64,000 nucleotides of DNA from Vicinamibacterales bacterium. GTDB lineage: Bacteria > Acidobacteriota > Vicinamibacteria > Vicinamibacterales > JAMQPK01. The stretch lies in assembly GCA_963832375.1 (NCBI GenBank), contig CAWHUA010000004.1, forward strand, positions 29,352 to 93,351. Direction: 5' to 3'. Position 1 is the stretch's first letter, and each line of letters starts with the position of its first letter. Under the pieces are notes generated by a model. The model was not told the DNA's origin. It made no database searches and saw nothing but the letters and a program-made list of their open reading frames with translations. The position numbers were made by a program, and so were the translations under genes. Below are positions 1 to 8,375 of the stretch, in pieces.

Positions 1-2
1 GC

Positions 3-671
3 CGCGTGTGGTTCCGCAACGGCGCCGCCGGTGATGGCGACGGCTGGTATGTCGATTACCCGCGCGCCGACGAAAATCTCTCCATCAGGCTGATGGAGCT
101 GACCAGGACACGAGTCACGCAGGACGGCGAAGGCAATCCGTATCCGGTGGTTGTACGGTTGACCGATCCATCGCTGTTCCACTGCCCGTTTCTCATGATG
201 AGCGAGCCGGGCGGTTCCTACTTCAACAACGAAGAAGCGGCCAACCTCCGGGCGTATCTGTTGAAGGGCGGATTCCTGTGGGTTGACGACTTCTGGGGCA
301 GCCGCGCGTGGCGGAACTGGGAGAACCAGATTGGCAAGGCGCTCTCGCACGCCGAGTTCCCCATCGTCGATCTGAACGTCGACCACACGATGTTCCGCAT
401 GCTGTTTCCTGTCCACTCCCTGCCGCAAATTCCGAACGTCGGCCTGTGGCGGTACGAGCGGCGCACGTCGGAGCGGGGCCCGGACAGCGACGAGTTGCAC
501 GTCCGCGGCATCTACGATCGGAAGGGGCGCGTCATCGTGCTGATGACGCACAACACCGATTTCGGCGACGCCTACGAGCGCGAGGGCGACGACCCCAGTT
601 ACTTCCACACGTTCTCGGTCAACGGCTACGCGATTGGCATCGACGTCCTGCTCTACGCGATGACGCACTGA
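3..671 (+). CDS. DUF4159-like protein, 5' end outside the window
   Basis: The frame is open to the window edge (track ORF 6..671). Motifs FLMMSEPG, GGFLWVDDFWG and LMTHNTDFGDAYE match my memory of DUF4159 proteins. Stop codon at 669-671. Confidence 0.5.
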   Translation, partial: RVWFRNGAAGDGDGWYVDYPRADENLSIRLMELTRTRVTQDGEGNPYPVVVRLTDPSLFHCPFLMMSEPGGSYFNNEEAANLRAYLLKGGFLWVDDFWGSRAWRNWENQIGKALSHAEFPIVDLNVDHTMFRMLFPVHSLPQIPNVGLWRYERRTSERGPDSDELHVRGIYDRKGRVIVLMTHNTDFGDAYEREGDDPSYFHTFSVNGYAIGIDVLLYAMTH

Positions 672-708
672 CAGCCCTCTGTTAGAATCCGCGCCACAGG
701 AGGCCACC

Positions 709-1185
709 ATGCGCGTGCTTGCCGCCGCGGGCGTCATCGTTTGGTTGTGTTCACCCATCTCTGCTCAGCAGCCAGCCAGTCCCCAGGCTCCGCGCGATCG
801 CGTCAGCTACATGTCGGCAGCCGATGTCGCGACCGCCCTCGCAAAAGGCAAACCCGACAGCCGCAGCACGAACGTGCGCGTGTTCACGATCGGGCCGTAC
901 AACGTCAACGTCGAGAAGCGCAACCCGGTCGCGCAGGGCGCGTCGCTGCACGAAGCCGTCACCGAGTTGTTCCACGTCGTCGACGGAACCGGCACCATCG
1001 TCACAGGCGGCACGATTCCGAATGCGACAAAGAACGGGACCAACCTGTCGGGGAAAACGATTTCGGGCGGCTCGCGTCAGGTGGTGAGCAAAGGTGACTG
1101 GATTCTCGTGCCGTCGGGCGTGGCGCATGAATTCGTGGACATCAAGGGCAATCTCACGCTGATGTCCTTGTATCTGCCGAATTGA
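709..1185 (+). CDS. secreted cupin-domain protein
   Basis: ATG is preceded by AGGAGG. Signal-like N-terminus MRVLAAAGVIVWLCSPISAQ. Cupin-like C-terminal strand GDWILVPSGVAHEF. Confidence 0.5.
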   Translation: MRVLAAAGVIVWLCSPISAQQPASPQAPRDRVSYMSAADVATALAKGKPDSRSTNVRVFTIGPYNVNVEKRNPVAQGASLHEAVTELFHVVDGTGTIVTGGTIPNATKNGTNLSGKTISGGSRQVVSKGDWILVPSGVAHEFVDIKGNLTLMSLYLPN

Positions 1186-3146
1186 CACGCGATCGCCGTC
1201 GCAATTCAAAACGTCTCCGGTCCGGCCCCGGACCCACGCGCATCTGGGCGCGGGCACTCGCGATCGCTGTCGCCGTAGCGGTCGTCTACGCCAACAGCCT
1301 GTCGGCACCGTTCATCTTCGACGACCAGTCCTCGATCGTCGAGAACCCGAGCATTCGATCGATCGCGGCGGCACGATCGCACCCGCGCAACACGCCGCTG
1401 GCGGGCCGACCGGTTGCCGGCCTCAGCTTCGCGCTGAACTACGCGGCAAGCGGCCTCGACGTCTCCGCCTATCACGCCACGAACGTCGCCATCCACGTGG
1501 CTTGCGCGCTGCTGCTCTTCGGCATCGTGCGCCGGACGCTCGCGCTTCCGAACCTGGCGCCTCGTTTCGATGGCGCGGGCGCAGATCTCGCGACGGCTAT
1601 CGCCCTGGTCTGGGCAGTGCACCCGCTCGCCACCGATGCGGTGACCTACATCACGCAACGCACCGAATCGTTGATGGCGCTGTTCTATCTGATCACGTTG
1701 TATGCGAGCCTGCGCGCGCACTCCGCCGCACATCCGATGCGGTGGCACGCGCTGGCGCTTGGCGCCTGCGTGCTCGGGATGGGCACCAAGGAGTCGATGG
1801 CCACCGCACCGCTCATGGTCGTGCTGTACGATCGCGTCTTCCTGTACGAGTCATTCGGCGGCGCCTTCAGGGCTCGCTGGCGCTTCTACGGTGGACTATC
1901 GCTTGCGTGGGTGTTTCTGGCCTACGAACTGGCTGCAACGCCACGCGCCGGCTCAGCAGGATTCGATACCGGCATCAGCGTCTGGACGTATCTGCTCAAC
2001 CAGTCGGTCATGATCCTGCGGTACCTGAGGCTCGTGTTCTGGCCGGTCGATCTCGTCATCACCTATGGTTCGGCCGTCGGTTATTCGCTGGGCGATGTCC
2101 TCCCTCAGGCGCTCGCAACGTGCGCGCTCGTCCTCGTGACGGCCGCCGCCTTCAAGTGGAATCCCGCGGCCGCGTTCCTCGGTGCGTGGTTCTTCATCAC
2201 GCTGGCGCCCTCGTCCAGCTTCGTGCCGATCGCAACTGAAGTGGGTGCGGAACGGCGGATGTATCTCCCGCTCATGTCGGTCGTCGCAGGCCTCGCGATC
2301 GCCTGCTACTGCTGGAAGACCTTGCAAGATTGTACGTCGCGCCGAATGGCGGCCGCCGTGGTCACCGTGGTCGTCGTCGTGCTGGGCGCGGCCACGATTC
2401 GCCGGAACGCCGAACATCAATCCTGGCTGACGCTGGCCGAAACGACGCTCGAACGATGGCCGACCGATATGGCGTATGCGGGTGTGGGCGGCGAGCTCGC
2501 GCGGCTCGGTCGCGACGAGGAGGCCCTTCCCCTTCTGCGCATCGGTGCCCGATCGGATCCTCGCGCGCGCTACAACCTCGGTGTCGCGCTCTTCAACCTG
2601 AGGCGCTACGACGAAGCGATCCGCGAGCTCGAGGAGCTGGTGGCCGGGCACCCGATGCGCGAGGAGGTGCCGTGGTCGCGGCGGCTCATGGGTCATTCGT
2701 ACATGCGGTTGTTGAAATGGCCGGAAGCGATCTCGCAGCTTCAGATGGTCCTGACGATGACGCCGCACGATGCGGAGGCGCAGCGGCTGCTCGTGGACGC
2801 CCACATCTCCTACGGGGCGGGCCTGGCCGAGGGCGGACAATTCGACGGGGCGATTGCCGAGTTCCGCCGCGCGCTGAGCCTCGATGAACGCAATGCGACC
2901 GCGCGCTACAATCTTGCGGCCGCGCTCTTCGACGCGCAGAAGATGGAGGAGTCCTTTACCGAGGCGGAGCGTGCGCTGGCGCTGAACCCCACGAACGCCG
3001 ACGCTCACCATCTGCTAGGGAAACTGCTGGCCCTGCAGGGCCGCCTGAAGGACTCGGTCGTCAGCCTGGAAACCGCCCTCAAACTGAGCCCCAACGACAC
3101 ATCCATACGCGACGATCTCGCACGCGTGCAACGAGCCATACGATGA
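1182..3146 (+). CDS. TMTC/PMT-like polytopic membrane protein with C-terminal TPR repeats
   Basis: TTG start overlaps the cupin stop (TTGA). FIFDDQSSIVENP motif followed by many hydrophobic segments. The C-terminal third has TPR-like repeats (ARYNLGVALF, ARYNLAAALF, ADAHHLLGKLL). Confidence 0.6.
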   Translation: MTRDRRRNSKRLRSGPGPTRIWARALAIAVAVAVVYANSLSAPFIFDDQSSIVENPSIRSIAAARSHPRNTPLAGRPVAGLSFALNYAASGLDVSAYHATNVAIHVACALLLFGIVRRTLALPNLAPRFDGAGADLATAIALVWAVHPLATDAVTYITQRTESLMALFYLITLYASLRAHSAAHPMRWHALALGACVLGMGTKESMATAPLMVVLYDRVFLYESFGGAFRARWRFYGGLSLAWVFLAYELAATPRAGSAGFDTGISVWTYLLNQSVMILRYLRLVFWPVDLVITYGSAVGYSLGDVLPQALATCALVLVTAAAFKWNPAAAFLGAWFFITLAPSSSFVPIATEVGAERRMYLPLMSVVAGLAIACYCWKTLQDCTSRRMAAAVVTVVVVVLGAATIRRNAEHQSWLTLAETTLERWPTDMAYAGVGGELARLGRDEEALPLLRIGARSDPRARYNLGVALFNLRRYDEAIRELEELVAGHPMREEVPWSRRLMGHSYMRLLKWPEAISQLQMVLTMTPHDAEAQRLLVDAHISYGAGLAEGGQFDGAIAEFRRALSLDERNATARYNLAAALFDAQKMEESFTEAERALALNPTNADAHHLLGKLLALQGRLKDSVVSLETALKLSPNDTSIRDDLARVQRAIR

Positions 3147-4216
3147 CCATCTCCGACATTCCAACTCCCGCCCTCATCGCCGACGTTGCCACGATGGAGC
3201 GCAACATCAGCCTCATGAGCGGTTACTTCGCGTCGCGCTCGTGCAAATTGAGGCCGCACTTCAAGGCACACAAGACCCCGGAAATCGCGCGGCGTCAGCT
3301 CGCCGCCGGCTCGTGTACCGGGCTCACGTGCGCAACGATCGGAGAAGCGGAAATCGCGGCGAACGTTTCGACGAACATTCTGATAGCCAACGAGATCGTC
3401 GACCCGGACAAGTGCAGGCGGGCTGCCGCCCTCGCGCGGACGGTCGCACTCACGGTGGCGGTCGACTCGGTTGTCGGCCTCGAACGGTGGAGTGCCGCAG
3501 CCATGGAAGCCGGCGTCACCATCGATGTGCTCATCGACTTGAACGTGGGTCAGAACCGTTGTGGGGTGACCCCCGGTGACGAGGCCGTCGCGCTGGGAAG
3601 AGCGGCGCTCGGCAGGCCCGCGTTGAAACTGCGCGGCGTGATGGGCTACGAAGGGCACGCGGTGGGCATCCACGATCGCGCCGAGCGCGAAGCGGCCGTT
3701 CGACGCTCGATGAACCTGATGGCATCGACGGCAAAGGCGTTTGCCTCCGTCGGCTTGCCGGCCGACGTCGTGTCAGGAGGCGGAACCGGCAGCTACGACA
3801 TCAGCAGCCAGATTGAAGGCATCACCGAGATTCAGGCGGGTTCCTATGCGCTGATGGACAGCGACTACGGCTGCCTGGGCATGCCGTTCGAGCAGGCGCT
3901 CTTCGTCCTCGGCACCGTGGTCAGCCGGCCCGTCCCCGAGCGCTGCGTCATCGACGCGGGCCACAAAGCGTGTACCAAGGATCACGGCCATCCATCGGTC
4001 AAAGGCATGAAGGAGGCCACCGTGCTCGCGCTCAACGACGAGCACGCGATCATCGCCATTCCGCCGACGAGCGCGATCAAGATAGGCGATCGCCTGGCGC
4101 TCGTGCCCTCACACATCGATCCGACGATGAACCTTCACGACCGGGTGTACGCGCTCGACGGTCACAACGTCGTCGGCGTGTGGCCGGTGGCAGCCAGAGG
4201 CTACGGTGTACCCTGA
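3143..4216 (+). CDS. DSD1-family PLP enzyme (D-serine deaminase / D-threonine aldolase-like, alanine-racemase N-terminal fold)
   Basis: ATGA overlap with the upstream gene. LRPHFKAHKT lysine motif typical of this family. 357 aa. Confidence 0.6.
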   Translation: MTISDIPTPALIADVATMERNISLMSGYFASRSCKLRPHFKAHKTPEIARRQLAAGSCTGLTCATIGEAEIAANVSTNILIANEIVDPDKCRRAAALARTVALTVAVDSVVGLERWSAAAMEAGVTIDVLIDLNVGQNRCGVTPGDEAVALGRAALGRPALKLRGVMGYEGHAVGIHDRAEREAAVRRSMNLMASTAKAFASVGLPADVVSGGGTGSYDISSQIEGITEIQAGSYALMDSDYGCLGMPFEQALFVLGTVVSRPVPERCVIDAGHKACTKDHGHPSVKGMKEATVLALNDEHAIIAIPPTSAIKIGDRLALVPSHIDPTMNLHDRVYALDGHNVVGVWPVAARGYGVP

Positions 4217-4292
4217 ATTGGCAGATTGGCAGATTGGTAGATTGGTAGATTGGTAGATTGGCAGATTGATTGGTGGATTGGCCGATTTGTGG
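4217..4292 (+). repeat. ATTGGYAG octamer tandem array (about 9.5 units) starting at the first base after the stop codon
   Basis: Read directly: ATTGGCAG x2, ATTGGTAG x3, ATTGGCAG, ATTG, ATTGGTGG, ATTGGCCG, ATTTGTGG. Confidence 0.95.
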
Positions 4293-4302
4293 TGGCCGAT
4301 CG

Positions 4303-5541
4303 TCAGAAGAAGATGTAACAGAATACCCCGCCGACGACCGTCATCGACAGGCCCCAGATGAGGAGCTTGTTGAAGACGCTGCGCACGTTCTCGCCAGACG
4401 CCACCGCGGCGATGCAGAGCGCGCCGGTCGTGGAGAGCGGCGACAGATCGACCAGGTGCGCGCCGATGTTCATCGAGGCGGCAATGGCCAGCGGGTCTCC
4501 CCCGCCGAGCCGCTCGATCAGGCCCGGGATCGTCGGGAGAAACGCCGGCAGCACCACGCCGGACGTGCTGCTGTAGACCGAAATCAGCCCCGTCACAAAC
4601 GCGATGACGCCCGTTATGGTCCCCGGCGTCGCCAGTCGGGCCAGCGCCGAGGTAAACAGGTCGAGGCCGCCTGTCTTCTCCATCAGCGCGATGAGCACCG
4701 TCACGCCGCTCATCATCACGATGACCGACCACGGCATTTTCTTGACCGACTCTTTGTGATCGGCGGCGCCGGCGACGGCGAGGATCACCGCGCCGGCAAA
4801 CGCGCCCATCCCGACGTTGACCCCGTAGAACAGCACTCCGATGAGCAGCGCGCCAATCACCACCATCGTGATGATGTTGCTGCGGTCGAACTCGATCTCG
4901 TCGGGTTTGTGGTCGATCGTGGCGACCGCGGACGACTGGAAGAGCTTCAGCCCGCCGAAGAGCGCGTACCCGCCGAACGCCACCGCCGCATGCGCGGCCA
5001 GATTCGTCCAGTAGGTGAACCACTCATGACCCGGCAGCCCGATCTTGATCATCAAGCCGTTCACGATGACGCCAGTCGGCGCAAAGGGCGAGAGCGCGCC
5101 GGACTGGGCGCCGTTGCCCACCATGATGATCATCAGGAACGCGGGAATGGCCGCACGGCCCGCGACGGCCATGGCCATCGGGCCGAGCAGCGCGGCCGTC
5201 GAGATGTTGCCAGGGCCGAGTGACGCCAGGGCGCAGGCGAGCATGAAAAACATGATCGGGATGAGCCCGGTGTTGCCGCGGCACAGCCGCACCGCGCGAT
5301 GAGCGATGCGGTCGAGCGTGCGGTTGAGCTGCGCCTGCGAGAACAGCAGCGTCACGCCGGCCAGCGTGAGAAAGAGCGACACGGGAAAGCCGCCGATGAC
5401 GTCGTTCAGCGGCATGCCGCCGACGTAGACGCCCACGATCCACGCGAGCGCGAGGGCAAGGATGCCGACGTTCAGCTCGGTGAAACAACTGACCAGGATC
5501 GCCACGACAAGCGCGGCCAGAGATACGTGCGCGAGGTTCAT
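4303..5541 (-). CDS. ion-transporter-superfamily anion permease (MatC/DASS/ArsB-like)
   Basis: 412-aa polytopic ORF, hydrophobic throughout. The N-terminus resembles MatC-type dicarboxylate carriers. The family call is from memory. Confidence 0.45.
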   Translation of the reverse strand: MNLAHVSLAALVVAILVSCFTELNVGILALALAWIVGVYVGGMPLNDVIGGFPVSLFLTLAGVTLLFSQAQLNRTLDRIAHRAVRLCRGNTGLIPIMFFMLACALASLGPGNISTAALLGPMAMAVAGRAAIPAFLMIIMVGNGAQSGALSPFAPTGVIVNGLMIKIGLPGHEWFTYWTNLAAHAAVAFGGYALFGGLKLFQSSAVATIDHKPDEIEFDRSNIITMVVIGALLIGVLFYGVNVGMGAFAGAVILAVAGAADHKESVKKMPWSVIVMMSGVTVLIALMEKTGGLDLFTSALARLATPGTITGVIAFVTGLISVYSSTSGVVLPAFLPTIPGLIERLGGGDPLAIAASMNIGAHLVDLSPLSTTGALCIAAVASGENVRSVFNKLLIWGLSMTVVGGVFCYIFF

Positions 5542-5553
5542 TCGGAGCCCGGC

Positions 5554-6684
5554 TCAGCTCGTAATGGCCGCGACGACGCGCCTGAAGCCTTCGCCGGCTT
5601 CCGCGCTCCAGCGCCAGACCACGACCAGATCGTGGCTCGGTGAAATCAGGATGATGTTGCCGCCCTGGCCGACCGCGCGGTAGGCATCGGCCGGCGAGCC
5701 CGGCCACAGTGCCTGTTTGGCATTCAGCCACCACAGAAACCCGTAATCGGGGCCATGTGCGCTCGGCGTGGTGGCCATCTTCACGTAACCGGGCGACACG
5801 ATTTGCTTCGTGCCCCACTTGCCGTTGCGCAGCCACAACAACCCGAACCGCGCCATGTCGAAGCTGTTGATCCACACGCCGCCGCCCCAGCGCGTGCCGC
5901 CCGACACCGACACCATCCGCTTGCCGTCGATGTCGAGGTACGCGTTCGTGTAGGGCACCCACTTCCACGTGGAGGACGCGCCGATCGGATTCATCACCTC
6001 GTCACGGAACACGTCGGGAAGCGGCTTCTTGAAAATCCGCAGCAGCGACAGGGCGAAGCGGTTGATCCGGACGTCGTTGTATTCGTAAAACGCGCCGGGC
6101 GCCTGAATCGCGCGCGGTTTCCGCTCGGCGCGGCCGAACGCGTCCGTGCCGATGAAGTTCGCGTTCTTGCCCCACATCTCGCCTTCCCACTCTGATTCCT
6201 GCTGCAGGTGATGGCGCCAGGTGACGCGGTTGTTCTGCGGCGAATCGTATCCGCCGTCCTTGATGAGCGCCGCAACCGGATCGTCGACCTTGCCGATCAG
6301 CCCGCGATCGAGCGCGATGCCAGCCAGGGTGGACAACATGCTCTTGGCCACGCTGTAGGTCGGATCGGGGCGCTCGGTATCGCCCCACTCGGCCACGACG
6401 TAACCCCTCCGGATGACCAGGCCATTCGTGCCGGCGCGCTCGGTGGGTATCGACGCGAGCAGCTTCCCGTTGACGATTTCCTGGTCCGAGAAGTCGCGCC
6501 GCGGCGACGTCGCCTCGTGCGACTTCATGAACTGCACGGCGTCGTCGAGCCTGGCGGCGTCCATGCCGACTTCGGCGGGCGTCTTGCGTGCCCACTGCCC
6601 GGCAGGCGGGTAATACGGCGTCTGGGCGGCCGGCCACGCGACGACAGCCAGAAACAACGCCAGACCAAGGAATCCTTTGCGCAT
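5554..6684 (-). CDS. secreted serine hydrolase, beta-lactamase fold
   Basis: Signal peptide MRKGFLGLALFLAVVAWPAAQ. SxxK motif in TYSVAKSM. 376 aa. Confidence 0.65.
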   Translation of the reverse strand: MRKGFLGLALFLAVVAWPAAQTPYYPPAGQWARKTPAEVGMDAARLDDAVQFMKSHEATSPRRDFSDQEIVNGKLLASIPTERAGTNGLVIRRGYVVAEWGDTERPDPTYSVAKSMLSTLAGIALDRGLIGKVDDPVAALIKDGGYDSPQNNRVTWRHHLQQESEWEGEMWGKNANFIGTDAFGRAERKPRAIQAPGAFYEYNDVRINRFALSLLRIFKKPLPDVFRDEVMNPIGASSTWKWVPYTNAYLDIDGKRMVSVSGGTRWGGGVWINSFDMARFGLLWLRNGKWGTKQIVSPGYVKMATTPSAHGPDYGFLWWLNAKQALWPGSPADAYRAVGQGGNIILISPSHDLVVVWRWSAEAGEGFRRVVAAITS

Positions 6685-6747
6685 GGTGAGCGGAAGTCTA
6701 CCAAAAAGGGGGTGAATTCAACGGCATTTCCAACCGATATACCAAGC

Positions 6748-7317
6748 ATGAGGTCTGTCAGGATCCTCCCCGCCCTCGTGCTGATCGCGGCCGTGCCCGC
6801 GCTCGGTGCAGAGTTGACGGGTACCGTGCAGAATGCCGGCAAACCCGTGCAGAACGCGGTGGTCTGGCTCGAAGCCGCGAATGCGCCCGCCCCGGTTCAG
6901 AGGGCCCGGATTGTGCTCGACCAGCGGAACCTGACGTTCTCGCCGCACGTGCTCGTCGTCCGTGTGGGCTCGACCGTTGATTTTCCGAACAACGATCGCG
7001 TATTTCACAACGTCTTCTCGTTCCGCGACGGGAAGAAGTTCGACCTGGGGATGTATCCGAAAGGCACGTCGAAGCGCATCGTCTTCGACAAGCCAGGCCT
7101 GGCGCGCGTGTTCTGCAACATTCATCCGAACATGGCGGCGTATGTCCTGGCGGTCGAGTCGCCATACTTCGCCGTCTCCACCGATCGGGGCACCTTCCAC
7201 ATCACCGGCGTCCCCGCAGGCACCTACACCTATCACGCGTGGCGGCCGGGCGGCGGGCAGCCGCTCACCGGCTCGGTCACCGTCGACGGGAATCAGCCTT
7301 TCGAAATCCATTGGTAA
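6748..7317 (+). CDS. secreted type-1-copper-like cupredoxin domain protein
   Basis: The internal ATG 6748 of track ORF 6208..7317 gives the signal peptide MRSVRILPALVLIAAVPALGA. Ligand-like pattern FHNVFS ... FCNIHPNM. Confidence 0.55.
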   Translation: MRSVRILPALVLIAAVPALGAELTGTVQNAGKPVQNAVVWLEAANAPAPVQRARIVLDQRNLTFSPHVLVVRVGSTVDFPNNDRVFHNVFSFRDGKKFDLGMYPKGTSKRIVFDKPGLARVFCNIHPNMAAYVLAVESPYFAVSTDRGTFHITGVPAGTYTYHAWRPGGGQPLTGSVTVDGNQPFEIHW

Positions 7318-7328
7318 AGCCACTCCAC

Positions 7329-8375
7329 GTGTTCGCCGCACTGCTGCTCGTCACCGTCGTCCGCGTACCGGCTCGCGCGCAGACCGCCGTGTCCGCCGAA
7401 GTGGATTTGACTGCCGGTCTTTCGGGCGAGGAAATCCGCGCGGCCGCGTCGCAGTTGCGGCTGTTCGGCCAGGCGCCGGCAGGCATTCAATTTTTCACCG
7501 AGATGGCGTGGGGCGATCGCTGGGCTGGTGATGCGCCGCTGCTCGGGCAGAGCGTATCGGGCATGGATCCGATGGGCTCGGATGTGTTCGGCGCCGCGTA
7601 TCCGTATCGAGGAAAAACCCAGCTCATCGAGGCTTTCGGCGAGCGGTATTTCCGTCCAGGTGGAAGCCTGCTCGGCGTTCGCGCCGGACGATTCCGCATG
7701 CCGTTCGGCATCTACACGCGGAGCGACTACGGCTATTCCGGATTCGTGCGCCCGCCGCTCATCCGCTACGACGGGTACTTCGGCATCTCGAACAACTGGC
7801 TCGAAGACGGCGTGATGTTCACTGGTGGCGTGCCGCAGTTGTTCGTGGAGGCGAGTGTCAGCCGTCCGCACGACGTCGGGTACGCCGTTCGGGAGACCGG
7901 CACAGACACCTCCGTCCGCGTTCAGGGCTATCGCGGCCAGTTCATCGTCGGTGCCAGCTACGCACGCAGCAACCCCTATCTCTCGCGGCGATTTGCGGTG
8001 GGCCGCCAGGCGTTCGGCGGAATCGACGCCCGATGGTCTCACCCCGCCGGCATTCAGGCGCGCGGGGAGTTCCTGAAGGGTCATTCCTACGAAGGCGTGA
8101 AGACAAACGGGTTCTACGTCGACGGCCTCGTCCACCGCGAGGGAATGGGCCCCTTTACCCTGTTCACGCGCGCAGAGTGGCTCGACTATACAGCGCCTTC
8201 GCCGCGGGCCCGCGAGGCCAGGCGGCTGACGCTGGGGACACGAGTCCGGCTGCCCGGCCCGGTCACCCTGCAGCTCAACTACCTGCGGCAGCGCGGCGAT
8301 CTGCCGCACCTCAAGGCGCACACGATCGACTTCAGCGCGACCTACTCACTGCGTCTGGATCATGTCGTCCATTAG
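7329..8375 (+). CDS. outer-membrane beta-barrel-like protein
   Basis: GTG 7329 (or TTG 7311) gives the signal peptide VFAALLLVTVVRVPARAQ. Alternating aromatic/glycine beta-strand-like pattern. The start codon is uncertain. Confidence 0.45.
   Translation: MFAALLLVTVVRVPARAQTAVSAEVDLTAGLSGEEIRAAASQLRLFGQAPAGIQFFTEMAWGDRWAGDAPLLGQSVSGMDPMGSDVFGAAYPYRGKTQLIEAFGERYFRPGGSLLGVRAGRFRMPFGIYTRSDYGYSGFVRPPLIRYDGYFGISNNWLEDGVMFTGGVPQLFVEASVSRPHDVGYAVRETGTDTSVRVQGYRGQFIVGASYARSNPYLSRRFAVGRQAFGGIDARWSHPAGIQARGEFLKGHSYEGVKTNGFYVDGLVHREGMGPFTLFTRAEWLDYTAPSPRAREARRLTLGTRVRLPGPVTLQLNYLRQRGDLPHLKAHTIDFSATYSLRLDHVVH

Noticed and set aside
4217-4292. CRISPR array (also considered for 15232-15271, 16241-16276 and 26693-26806)
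   Set aside because: The units are contiguous 8-mers with no spacers, the arrays are only 40-115 bp long, and no cas genes are in the window.
6208-6747. Upstream 180 codons of track ORF 6208..7317 (and similar upstream extensions of 22301..23635, 23275..24990, 31423..32631 and 45981..47192)
   Set aside because: These extensions overlap the neighbouring gene on the opposite strand or lack any motif. In each case an internal start yields a proper signal peptide or a conserved N-terminus.
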